Virus record (IMG/VR): IMGVR_UViG_3300025674_000049
Coordinates: 1-56,361 of that record
DNA: 56,361 bases
Source of the DNA: a virus
Taxonomy: Duplodnaviria; Caudoviricetes
Direction: 5' to 3' (one strand)
The notes below the pieces were generated by a model. The model ran no database searches and was not told the DNA's origin. It was given only the letters and a program-made list of their open reading frames with translations. The position numbers and the translations under genes are program-made. This document shows, one piece after another, positions 6,095 to 14,793 of this stretch (its first letter is position 1; every line of letters begins with the position of its first letter).

Positions 6095-8851
6095 ATGAAA
6101 GATCAAGAAAAAGGCAAGCCTATTGCCTTACTTGAAGGAAGCGCCATTGAACTCCTAAGACGGGATGTCTTTCCTGACACTTGGGCTTTCGTGCCCGTAG
6201 CAGGAAAAGCCACCTACATCAAAGAGTGGACAACTAAGCCTCTCACTCGTGTTGAGTGCATGACGGCTTATCAACTAAGAAAAGACTACGTCGGCTTGGG
6301 TGTTGTCACGGGGGCATTCTCGGGTGGTCTAATCGCGCTCGATATTGATGGCTTTCAGGCCGATTCTCGCTACATGGATGTAGCGGGCGAAGCATACGAA
6401 GCTCACGGCAATGAAACCACCATTGCCTGGACTTCCGGTAAGCCGGGACGCCGCCAGATCTTCTATCAAGTTCCCCCTCACTTAGTCCTCGAGCTCGAGC
6501 ATGTGAAGACCTTGATCCTTCGGACGGAGGACGGCAAGTGGCATTTGGGACATGGGGACAAGAATCGTGGAGCAGGTGGTGAAGTCGCTGCAGCCGGCAA
6601 TGGTGCTTATGAAGAAGTCGTGCTGCGGTTCAATGCGTGTCAAAGCGTTGTTCCAGGCTCACCACATCCAGATACAAAGCTCCCTTACCGTTTTTTAAAT
6701 TACAACGCAGGAAAGGTGGCACCAATACCTTCCTGGATATTGGACGTTCTTAGAGAACACCGTAAGCCTGTTCAGTGGTTATCAGAAGCGCAGCAACGTG
6801 AAATTATTGAAGAACTTGGAGGGCAAACTGTTGTACCTCCACGTCAGATTCGTGGCTGGTTTTTTAAAGATGAAGTTCAGCGGCTATTACAACCACGGTT
6901 AGCTGATCTCATCTTTAAACATGAAGTATTCGACGAATACGGCTGGAAGGAAAGAGGCGGGGAAAAGCCTCAAAGAATGAGTGGCTGTCCATGGCACGGA
7001 GGCCAAAGTGGAACTACGTTTCAATACGCAGCCGAAACAGGGTGTTGGGACTGCAAAGCGTGCGGGGTAGGTGGTGACGTCCTCGATTTCGTGCACAAAG
7101 TCCGCACGAACGATATGCACGCAGGGCGGCCGACCGGGTTGGATCTGGAAACCTACGTCGCTGAGATAGCGGGGCAGCTCGGCTATGACTACCCAGCGTG
7201 CGCTACAGCCACTGAGGTCACAAATAAAGATGCACCTTTAAAACGCCTGAGTGGCGGTGACTTCTTCAATTCAGTCGAGAAAATCGTCAATGGTTACGAC
7301 AACGCTGAGCTAGCGCACTACCACCTCATGGAGCTGGTCCGGGATGCCGGGCTGACACACGTCTACAAGTCGGGGCCTCAGGTCGAATCAGCGCTCGAGA
7401 GGTACTTGCTGCACCAAGAGCAGGTTGAAGAGGATCCGAAGTGGCAAGAGAAAGTTCGGAATCAACGAGATTTTCTGATCCCAGACTTCATGTCGGCGCC
7501 AAGCTCGATCCTTATGCATGCTCGGGGCGGCATGGGCAAAACACGTATTGCTGTGCTCCTCAGCAAGATCGTGGGGCAGAAACTCCCAATGAAAGTGAGG
7601 GGTTTGACTGTTGAGCCGACGATCTCGGGGAATGTCCTGTTCATTGGCAACGACATGTCAATGACCGATTACGCCGAGTATCTAGATCAGCAAGGCATCG
7701 ACACCACAGGAGTTGATAAGTGGTTCCGGTTCAAACCACAATGGCAGCAGAGTCAATATCGCGTGCTACTGCGGTGGCTTCAGGAGATTAAGCCGGTACT
7801 CGTTGTCGTGGACTCCTTGACATCGGTGAGCACCATGATCGCGGCGAAGGAGTACGAGAAGGAATACTCCAACACGCTCTACCGCCTGGCGAGGGAGAAC
7901 GGGACCGCGTTCCCACCGACAACCTTCTTGTGGATCCACCACAACACCAAAGACGGCAGCAAGTTCAGAGGCACAGACACCCTCAGAAATGCAGTGCATG
8001 AAACCTGGGAGCTTAAAGAGCTCAGTGATGAGGAACGGGCGCAGTACGGCGACACAGCCATGGTTCTCGAAATCGACAAAAGCCGCGGCATGAGAGGTGG
8101 TGACCGCTTCCTGGTGCAGGAGGACATCGAGGAAGCACTGAGCATCGAAGACCTCACACCAACAGTGACGCGGGAGAACCACGGCCAGGGCGATGAAACC
8201 CCCCGCACGCTCGTTCTCGGGATCCTCAAGGCTGCAGAGGCTCCGATGACAGCCCAGGATCTCCGCTATGCCCTTAACGCGAAGCTGGCGGGGCTTCGGG
8301 GGCCGGGAGTCCTGGTCAGTGAAAAGACCGTAAAGCGATGGGCCAACAGGTGGGTGGTGGCCGGCCTCGTGGAGGAAGCATCTGTGAGACAGCCGGGATC
8401 TAAAGGGGGGCGCCCTAAGAAGGTATTCACCATCAAAATCCCTATATACGAGCCTAAAAATGTCCAAAACCTCCCCTCTTTCTTTGAGAGTCCTTCTGCC
8501 GGAGGGACTTTGAGTTTTGGACAGGGTTTGGAAAAAAGTGTCCAAAACCTCGAAGTGTCCAAAACCCCCGAGGACGAATTGGTTCAAGAGGGCACCGTCG
8601 CAACTGAGACGCGTGAGAATGATCCAGTTGGGGAAAACTTGGGGAAAACCACCCCTCAAAGCGGCTCTGAGGTTTTGGACATTTCGGACAAATCAGAGGA
8701 GTTGTCCAAAACCTCTGAGCCTGAAACCCTCTCCAGCACAGCAGTTCCCAAGAACGAGCCGGAGGTTTTGGACAATTCCTCAGGCATTAAGGGAGACCCG
8801 CCTTCTACGGAGTATTACGGAGATTGGGACTCTGAGTGCTGGGGGGCCTAG
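6095..8851 (+). CDS. Primase-polymerase / Zn-finger / RepA-like AAA helicase replication protein
   Basis: Prim-Pol motifs GLGVVTG..LIALDIDG and SVVPGSPHP; CPWH..CWDCKAC zinc finger; Walker A ARGGMGKT; Walker B VVVDSL; IHHNTK..RG; ATG 6095 more likely than 5984. Confidence 0.85.
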   Translation: MKDQEKGKPIALLEGSAIELLRRDVFPDTWAFVPVAGKATYIKEWTTKPLTRVECMTAYQLRKDYVGLGVVTGAFSGGLIALDIDGFQADSRYMDVAGEAYEAHGNETTIAWTSGKPGRRQIFYQVPPHLVLELEHVKTLILRTEDGKWHLGHGDKNRGAGGEVAAAGNGAYEEVVLRFNACQSVVPGSPHPDTKLPYRFLNYNAGKVAPIPSWILDVLREHRKPVQWLSEAQQREIIEELGGQTVVPPRQIRGWFFKDEVQRLLQPRLADLIFKHEVFDEYGWKERGGEKPQRMSGCPWHGGQSGTTFQYAAETGCWDCKACGVGGDVLDFVHKVRTNDMHAGRPTGLDLETYVAEIAGQLGYDYPACATATEVTNKDAPLKRLSGGDFFNSVEKIVNGYDNAELAHYHLMELVRDAGLTHVYKSGPQVESALERYLLHQEQVEEDPKWQEKVRNQRDFLIPDFMSAPSSILMHARGGMGKTRIAVLLSKIVGQKLPMKVRGLTVEPTISGNVLFIGNDMSMTDYAEYLDQQGIDTTGVDKWFRFKPQWQQSQYRVLLRWLQEIKPVLVVVDSLTSVSTMIAAKEYEKEYSNTLYRLARENGTAFPPTTFLWIHHNTKDGSKFRGTDTLRNAVHETWELKELSDEERAQYGDTAMVLEIDKSRGMRGGDRFLVQEDIEEALSIEDLTPTVTRENHGQGDETPRTLVLGILKAAEAPMTAQDLRYALNAKLAGLRGPGVLVSEKTVKRWANRWVVAGLVEEASVRQPGSKGGRPKKVFTIKIPIYEPKNVQNLPSFFESPSAGGTLSFGQGLEKSVQNLEVSKTPEDELVQEGTVATETRENDPVGENLGKTTPQSGSEVLDISDKSEELSKTSEPETLSSTAVPKNEPEVLDNSSGIKGDPPSTEYYGDWDSECWGA
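8461..8774. repeat. TGTCCAAAAC iterons (putative replication origin) inside the replication gene
   Basis: Forward copies at 8461, 8539, 8556, 8703; reverse copies (GTTTTGGACA) at 8514, 8672, 8765. Confidence 0.8.
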
Positions 8852-9055
8852 CTCCCTTGCATCTGACTCTCTAACCCCTCGCTTACCAGTCCAAAAACAC
8901 CAACTTCCGACTTTCCGGTCAAGCCCCAGTCGCCAAGGGCAAAGAGGCCACCCTCTGCGCCCTTGGTTTGCTACCCCCCGAGGTCGGGAGCAATCCGCCT
9001 AGCTTTTCACTGGATGGATTGAGGAGCCTTCTAGCCTGGTCGGCGCTCTTGCCGA

Positions 9056-9256
9056 TCAGCTCGACGAAGACCAGCTATCGCGGAGCGTGCCGTCTTTATG
9101 CAGTGACGGCAGAATTAACTTCCCTATGAAGTCACGGGCTTGAAAGTGAGAAGCTGCAAGCATTTTTGCTAAATTTTTTAGCTCGTCTATATTGGTGCAG
9201 TTATCGATTTGCCTAAAAGCAGCTTCTTTAGCAAAGCTACGTGTAAAATCGTTCAT
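9056..9256 (-). CDS. Hypothetical protein
   Basis: 66-aa ORF with helical, protein-like composition (RQIDNCTNIDELKNLAKML). Confidence 0.6.
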   Translation of the reverse strand: MNDFTRSFAKEAAFRQIDNCTNIDELKNLAKMLAASHFQARDFIGKLILPSLHKDGTLRDSWSSSS

Positions 9257-9279
9257 CTCAAAACTGCGTTTATCTTAGT

Positions 9280-11229
9280 ATGCCGTCGCTAGCTACCCTC
9301 GACCACATCAAAGCACTACAGAATGTTGATTTCGACTTTATACGTAGTGGACAATCGGTAGCTCTGCTAAAGCTGCGTCTCACCGAGCTCGGGGAAGCTG
9401 AGGGTCCGCTAGGTATTGATACAGAGACCACGGGCCTTGATCCATTAGTCAATCAAGTGCGCCTGGTGCAAGTGGCGAGTAAGGATTACGCTTTGATTGT
9501 GGATCTGGATGGCTGGCGAGAGGAGGGTAAGCGTGACATTCCTTGGGCCTCACCCGGTCTCGTGCAGCTTAAAGCGCTGCTGGAAAGTTCTAAGCCGAAA
9601 GTACTACAGAACGCCGCTTTTGACTTGAACTTCTTAGCTGCAGAAGGTGTTGAACTGGGTGGTTCTCTTTTTGACACCATGATTGCTGCCAAGATCGTGA
9701 ATAACGGTACAGGCGCCAAAAACGATCTGGGTAGCCTTGTAAACCGTGTGCTCAAAACACCGCTTTCCAAGGAGCTACAGAAAGCTGATTGGGCAGGAGA
9801 CATTTCTGACGAAATGGCCCGCTACGCGGCGCGCGACGCGCTCTGCCTCCCGAGGCTGACCCCGCCTTTGGTTACCGCGCTCAAAGAAGCTGACACTCCG
9901 AGCCCAGGGAAGTTGTGGGCCGTCTTTGAGCTTGAGATGAAAGCACTCAGACCCATTGCCAGCATGTGGCGGAACGGGTTCGGGTTTGACGCCACGGCGG
10001 CTAGTACGTTGTACACTTCGCTGTCTGAGGAGGCTGAAACACTTAAACTGTCATTCTTGCAATCGTTAGATACAGCGATTAAAAAAGAGAACCCAGATGA
10101 CCCCACTGTTTGGTTACCCCGTGACAAAGACAATTCTTTTAACACCCGTGAAAAAGATTCAGGAGCTGTTCGATTAGGGACAAAGCGTTACAAAGGGTTC
10201 AATCCGCGCTCGCCTAAACAAATGGCGCTTAGGTTTGAGCAAGCTGGTATTTTATTGCCACCGGATAAAAAAGGCTTACCAAGTCTGGATCAGAACTTGC
10301 TCGCATTTTTAAAAGCGGAGTACGAGTTAATTGCTATGTACCTCGAGTGGAAAAATGCTGTGACTCGTGTGTCGCATGTAGAAAAGCTCCTTGATTCAGT
10401 AGGGCCTGATGGACGTATTCATGCGAGCTACCGGCAGATGGGTACGGAGACTGGTCGTCTCAGCTGTGCGGGTCCAAACCTACAGCAAGTGCCTCGGGGA
10501 AAGGAGTTTCGACAGCTATTTCGAGCTCGGGAGGGGTACAAACTGGTTGTGGCCGATTTCAGCCAAGTGGAGTTGCGGGTAGCTGCTGAATTGTCTGGAG
10601 AAGAAAAGATGTTGGATGCTTACCGGGCAGGTAGGGATTTACACACGGAGACTGCTGCTTTGATAACTGGTAAAGATGCTGACAGTGTTACTAAGGAAGA
10701 ACGTACCTCATCGAAAATCTGTAATTTTGGGCTTTTGTATGGGGCAGGTGCTGCTACTTTGCGTAAGCAAGCTGTTGCACAGTACGGTATTGACATGGCA
10801 TTAGAAGAAGCTCAGCAGCTTGTCACTGGGTTCCGTTCGGCATATCCACGGTTGCATGAGTGGCAACAAGAAGAAGGTACAAAAACAACGACATCTGTAT
10901 TTACTAAATATGGTAGACGTAGAGTTTTGGTAGGGTTTAACGACAAATACACTACTAGAATTAACACACAAGTTCAAGGTACAGCTGGTGACATCGCCAA
11001 AATTGCTATTGCCATGATCTGGGATTGCCTACGGGCGGCCAAAGCCACCGAAGCCTTTCTCATCGCCATGGTGCATGACGAGATCGTCCTCGAGGTCAGA
11101 GAAGGTACAGAAGGCCGTTGGATGGCTTCATTAGCCGGCGTTATGCAACGTGCTGGTTTACAAGTCTGCCATAAGGCTCCTATTGAGGCCGACGCGTCTT
11201 TTGGTTACACATGGGCGGATGCCAAATAG
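9280..11229 (+). CDS. polA: DNA polymerase family A with 3'-5' exonuclease
   Basis: Exo I DTETTGL, Exo II NAAFDL, Exo III YAARD; motif A DFSQVELRV, motif B RTSSKICNFGLLYG (Phe at the 762-equivalent position), motif C VHDEI. Confidence 0.95.
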   Translation: MPSLATLDHIKALQNVDFDFIRSGQSVALLKLRLTELGEAEGPLGIDTETTGLDPLVNQVRLVQVASKDYALIVDLDGWREEGKRDIPWASPGLVQLKALLESSKPKVLQNAAFDLNFLAAEGVELGGSLFDTMIAAKIVNNGTGAKNDLGSLVNRVLKTPLSKELQKADWAGDISDEMARYAARDALCLPRLTPPLVTALKEADTPSPGKLWAVFELEMKALRPIASMWRNGFGFDATAASTLYTSLSEEAETLKLSFLQSLDTAIKKENPDDPTVWLPRDKDNSFNTREKDSGAVRLGTKRYKGFNPRSPKQMALRFEQAGILLPPDKKGLPSLDQNLLAFLKAEYELIAMYLEWKNAVTRVSHVEKLLDSVGPDGRIHASYRQMGTETGRLSCAGPNLQQVPRGKEFRQLFRAREGYKLVVADFSQVELRVAAELSGEEKMLDAYRAGRDLHTETAALITGKDADSVTKEERTSSKICNFGLLYGAGAATLRKQAVAQYGIDMALEEAQQLVTGFRSAYPRLHEWQQEEGTKTTTSVFTKYGRRRVLVGFNDKYTTRINTQVQGTAGDIAKIAIAMIWDCLRAAKATEAFLIAMVHDEIVLEVREGTEGRWMASLAGVMQRAGLQVCHKAPIEADASFGYTWADAK

Positions 11230-11272
11230 CTTAATGCGTGGTATGTTGTATGAGTGCACTGCTTTTTAGCTA

Positions 11273-11653
11273 ATGTTGACAGGTCAAGAGTTGCTTTCTT
11301 TCGTGGAAGCTAACAAAGATATGAATCACTACGACATGGCGCGTGCTACTGGCTACTCGCGCTCAACCGTAGGAAAAGCGGAACGTGTGCTTATTACCAA
11401 GTTCATGAGAGCTTTGTTAGAAGCTCAAGGCTTGACGCTCAAAAGTGGCGCAAAGCCCGGTAAAACTGCGAAGTATCTGACTACGGTGCATAGCACTGGA
11501 GGTGTTCTACTAGGCAAAACCTACGTGGAGCAGTTCGGGATGGAGCCCGGTGATAAGCTGCGCATTGCGGTCGACGAAGATTGCATTCGTCTGATTCCGG
11601 CACCCGTTGAGCCAGCAACAGCTTCCGATGAAGCCTGCACAGTCCCTGCATGA
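11273..11653 (+). CDS. AbrB-like transcriptional regulator (picocyanobacterial type)
   Basis: MLTG.ELL..ARATGY..F..ALLEAQG..TTVHSTGGVLLGKTY..FGMEPGD.L.I pattern. Confidence 0.8.
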   Translation: MLTGQELLSFVEANKDMNHYDMARATGYSRSTVGKAERVLITKFMRALLEAQGLTLKSGAKPGKTAKYLTTVHSTGGVLLGKTYVEQFGMEPGDKLRIAVDEDCIRLIPAPVEPATASDEACTVPA

Positions 11654-11823
11654 ATAGTGCAAGTGAACTCCGAGCTCGGTTGTTGAAACGGCTAAACCAG
11701 CTTGCAGAACGCTTGCCTAATGGGCTCCTCCACCGTTTGGTAGAGGATGCCCAGTTTTTTTATGACTGGAATCTTAAAAAGAAAAAAGCTAGGTCGTCTT
11801 CGCGGCTGTCTCGGTATGAGTAA
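11650..11823 (+). CDS. Small hypothetical protein (57 aa)
   Basis: MNSASELRARLLKRLNQLAERLPNGLLHRLVEDAQFFYDW...; ATGA overlap with the AbrB stop. Confidence 0.6.
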   Translation: MNSASELRARLLKRLNQLAERLPNGLLHRLVEDAQFFYDWNLKKKKARSSSRLSRYE

Positions 11824-11834
11824 AAACAAACCAC

Positions 11835-12353
11835 CTAGCCTTTGCTGCTTTGGACCCTTGTGTCACCGTTATAGCGCCCCGTCTTTGAGTAACTATTTAG
11901 AGGAATTTCGCTCATCCTCATGAACACAATCTGTCCTATACGAAGTCCAGGGTATAGCGGAAGATCGTAATGTCGCCTTACGTTTACTAGCTCAAGTGTA
12001 AGCTTACTGTTGCAAAAGCCTGGATCAATCCATCCGGCAAGAAGAGCCTCGTACCCCTCCCTGGCCCTGCTCGATTTCAGTGCAAACTGAGCGCAAATGT
12101 AATCAGGTATTTTTTTAAATGTTTCATGCGTTTCGGCCAGGACAAATTCTCCTGGGGTCAAGCGATAAGGGTTTTTCTCCGTCCTATTCGCGATGTCTAC
12201 ATGCAGCAGGTCTTTCTGCCCTGCGACTTCAATCATCAGTCTACTGCCCAGCCTCACATCAAGCGAGGCCGGGTTGATTAGATCTTCAGACCAATCTTCC
12301 ATCGCTCCGCCGTAGCAAAGCGATTTAATTTCCCAGTCACAAAGAACAGTCAT
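11835..12353 (-). CDS. dcd: dCTP deaminase
   Basis: INPASLDVRLG, PGEFVLAET, KSSRAREG, AGWIDPGF, LTLEL, IGQIVF motifs. Confidence 0.9.
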   Translation of the reverse strand: MTVLCDWEIKSLCYGGAMEDWSEDLINPASLDVRLGSRLMIEVAGQKDLLHVDIANRTEKNPYRLTPGEFVLAETHETFKKIPDYICAQFALKSSRAREGYEALLAGWIDPGFCNSKLTLELVNVRRHYDLPLYPGLRIGQIVFMRMSEIPLNSYSKTGRYNGDTRVQSSKG

Positions 12354-13424
12354 TTAATAATCCCAGCGGACCCACAAACCGCCCTCTCTTCGTCCTAGAT
12401 GGACGAAGCCACGCGATGCAGCGCAGCCAACGCTATGTGGCCAATTCTCCCTGCAGTACGACTGGACTTCCCAGATGTCAGCCCCTTTCACGTAGAAGTC
12501 CACGGCTCCAACGCCTTTCTTGTCGTATAAGTGCTCGCTGCGGAATGCACCGCCAACCTCGCGATTGATTGCCGGCGGCCTATAGCCAGACGTGATGACG
12601 ATCGGCTTGTCGCCAAATTTGACGCGAACACGCTCAAGGAATGCCGCCAGTTCAGCGGCCATATCCACTTGGTATTGATGCTCAAACCTGCGTGCCTCTT
12701 GGCCAAGCGCAAATTCACCTAGCGTTATGTGTGGGGTTAGCCGGGTGCTAAATGGCGACTCTGGCCGGATCGTTGCAGGTTCTGGCGCTGCAGCCTGTTC
12801 CCCAGTCCACAGCATGCCCTCAGCTTTGCGCCTGCGAGTAAGGCCCCCCTCGAATGAACTGCCCGGGTTGCAGTAGAGCAGCAATGCCGCCGGCACGCTC
12901 TTGTAGGTCCGTTCTCGCAAGCAACGGCTAATTGTCTCGAAGCCGCCTTGGCCGAAGAAATAGCTCCCCAGGTTGAATGCAAACGAGATCAGCGCCGATT
13001 GCTGATGCTCCTTCATGGCTGACCAGTAGGGGATTGAACCAGCCAATGCCGTAACAATCCCGTCGATGGTTTGCTGCAAAAGGGCGTCGCCGTCCTCTTG
13101 GCTGATCCGGTCGCCAGGGATCACCGGTGAACCGTCAGCCTTTGTCGTGTTCCCCCACCCAATCGACCACACCCCAGCAGGGCAGAGGTATGCGTCAGGG
13201 TGAAATGATTCAAAATGCTTTATAAGCTCAATTCCAGCTTGATAGTTGCGCTGTTTGCCTGATTGGCTCCATGTTGCGAACCAGCCTCGATCGCGACGCA
13301 TCGCAATTTCATAGCCGTTTTTGCCGAGATCTGTTTCTAGCTCCTGAATCGCTGCGGCTTGATGCGGCAACGCCTTGTAATACCTGAACAGCTGTTCAAG
13401 GCTGATCGGTTTGCTGTTCGTCAT
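12354..13424 (-). CDS. Endolysin: GH24 lysozyme fused to a peptidase M15 domain
   Basis: IKHFES..AYLCPAGVWSIGWGNT, SFAFNLG, GLTRRRKAE; C-terminal TSGYRP..N..VGG..SEH..AVDF..FVHLG; ATG 13424 (MTNSKP) preferred. Confidence 0.9.
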   Translation of the reverse strand: MTNSKPISLEQLFRYYKALPHQAAAIQELETDLGKNGYEIAMRRDRGWFATWSQSGKQRNYQAGIELIKHFESFHPDAYLCPAGVWSIGWGNTTKADGSPVIPGDRISQEDGDALLQQTIDGIVTALAGSIPYWSAMKEHQQSALISFAFNLGSYFFGQGGFETISRCLRERTYKSVPAALLLYCNPGSSFEGGLTRRRKAEGMLWTGEQAAAPEPATIRPESPFSTRLTPHITLGEFALGQEARRFEHQYQVDMAAELAAFLERVRVKFGDKPIVITSGYRPPAINREVGGAFRSEHLYDKKGVGAVDFYVKGADIWEVQSYCRENWPHSVGCAASRGFVHLGRREGGLWVRWDY

Positions 13425-13638
13425 GCCAGGGCGATTTAATGTGCAGGTCGTCGATTTGGATTGGCGGCGGCATTGCTGGCGGCTGTGATTCATGCCATCG
13501 CTCAACCTCAGCATCAACCCGAGGTTTTAACGTGGCCTCGAATTTACGGCGTTGAATCTCGCGCTTCACGCCCTCGAGCGGTGACCGCGTCGAGAATCTC
13601 AGCAGCCACCGCCCGTCGGCGGGGATCAGCCCTTTTTT
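13396..13638 (-). CDS. Start-less reading frame, probable -1 frameshift extension of the holin-like gene
   Basis: GLIPADGRWLLRFSTRSPLEGVKREIQRRKFEATLKPRVDAEVERWHESQPP...IKSPWHDEQQTDQP; entered via A-AAA-AAG at 13638-13632. Confidence 0.6.
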   Translation of the reverse strand, partial: KKGLIPADGRWLLRFSTRSPLEGVKREIQRRKFEATLKPRVDAEVERWHESQPPAMPPPIQIDDLHIKSPWHDEQQTDQP

Positions 13639-13772
13639 TCCTTTAGCGCCGCCAATACTTGAAAAATCAGCTGGATCACAGAGTTTGATTTCAGCGCTGG
13701 TGATAACGCAATGATCTCAGATGCCGCGGCAACAAGGATCCATGTGATCGGGGATGTCAGAAGCTCTTCCAT
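13626..13772 (-). CDS. Small membrane protein, putative holin (48 aa)
   Basis: MEELLTSPITWILVAAASEIIALSPALKSNSVIQLIFQVLAALKEKKG: hydrophobic segments and basic tail, upstream of the endolysin; missing from ORF track. Confidence 0.7.
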   Translation of the reverse strand: MEELLTSPITWILVAAASEIIALSPALKSNSVIQLIFQVLAALKEKKG

Positions 13773-13789
13773 GCCCATTGGTCACTCCA

Positions 13790-14071
13790 TTAATCTGGAT
13801 TGATTCTAGCTCTATAGCTCTCCAGCACAATTATTCGGTTGCCGTGATCGTTCAAGCGTTCGTAAATTTCGCGGCGATCAGCAGTGGCTTGAACCTTTTC
13901 CGCCTTCATGTCTTGGTGCAACTCTTCCAACTTACTTGCGATAGATTCCAACCCGGCACTAAGGCGAATAACCGCCTCACGGCTTTCACTGGTGCGTCTG
14001 GTAAAGCCGGATACGGACATGCCAGCGATACCAATCGAAGCGCCTAGGATTGCGGCGTAGATTTCAATCAC
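13790..14071 (-). CDS. Membrane-anchored coiled-coil protein of the lysis cassette
   Basis: N-terminal hydrophobic helix then heptad pattern; AGGAG SD upstream of the GTG. Confidence 0.7.
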   Translation of the reverse strand: MIEIYAAILGASIGIAGMSVSGFTRRTSESREAVIRLSAGLESIASKLEELHQDMKAEKVQATADRREIYERLNDHGNRIIVLESYRARINPD

Positions 14072-14092
14072 GTCTTAGGCGCTCCTTCCTCG

Positions 14093-14221
14093 TCACTGTA
14101 GTGGATCTGGCTTGCCACTTAATATTGCCACTGCACGTTGATAAAACATGCATTCGGTTTTGCCTGCTTCGCGCAAGGCTTTTTCAATTTTCGCCCAGTT
14201 TTCTAGTTCCCTTGGCGTCAT
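14093..14221 (-). CDS. Small conserved cyanophage-type hypothetical protein (42 aa)
   Basis: MTPRELENWAKIEKALREAGKTECMFYQRAVAILSGKPDPLQ; GGAG SD upstream. Confidence 0.65.
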   Translation of the reverse strand: MTPRELENWAKIEKALREAGKTECMFYQRAVAILSGKPDPLQ

Positions 14222-14223
14222 CG

Positions 14224-14793
14224 TTACTGTTGGTCTCCCGCAAAAATACGGACTGGTGGGTTTGGGCTTACTAGACAAGAGTCCCAGCCATCAGGCAAGC
14301 CTGTTGTGAATTTAGCGTTGACGTGCCAAGCGTCAAATGTTGGGCCAAGATTATCGCTTGTATTAGTTGCAGGTTCACGGCCAATTACATTTTCTGGATC
14401 GTCTTCATCAAAAATTAAACGATCAACAGATAGGGTTCCGTTTCCCATGGTGGCTTCAAGCACCGCATAATCGTAATCACCCGTCAATTGATTTGAGAAA
14501 TTAACGTTGTAACTCGCGAGCAAAAGCTCTGAATGTTCAGTAGCAGTTGCGTTATAAACCCAACCGGTTTTGTCATCGTTTAAAGCAACATTAAAAATGA
14601 TGCCTTCATCTTCACCACTCCAGTTGATGCTGTTGCCTGTGAATGAAACTTGCACTAATGGGCCAAGCACATCCATGGTATGCGTGTGGGAGATTAATGC
14701 AGGCCGTGGATTGTTGTCGTCAATCCAAAGCCCAGCATCATGGCAAGCGTCGCGAAAGGTGGACTCATCAGTGAAGCGCAGAAAGTGGGTCAT
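14224..14793 (-). CDS. Tail-fibre-associated hypothetical protein
   Basis: 189 aa, coupled to the fibre gene; LRF..WHVN..P.NP.R.FAG pattern. Confidence 0.7.
   Translation of the reverse strand: MTHFLRFTDESTFRDACHDAGLWIDDNNPRPALISHTHTMDVLGPLVQVSFTGNSINWSGEDEGIIFNVALNDDKTGWVYNATATEHSELLLASYNVNFSNQLTGDYDYAVLEATMGNGTLSVDRLIFDEDDPENVIGREPATNTSDNLGPTFDAWHVNAKFTTGLPDGWDSCLVSPNPPVRIFAGDQQ

Noticed and set aside
7766-8659. 297-aa antisense ORF and similar shadow ORFs (e.g. 47745..48347, 50340..50900)
   Set aside because: Fully overlap well-supported genes on the other strand; expected in GC-rich coding DNA.
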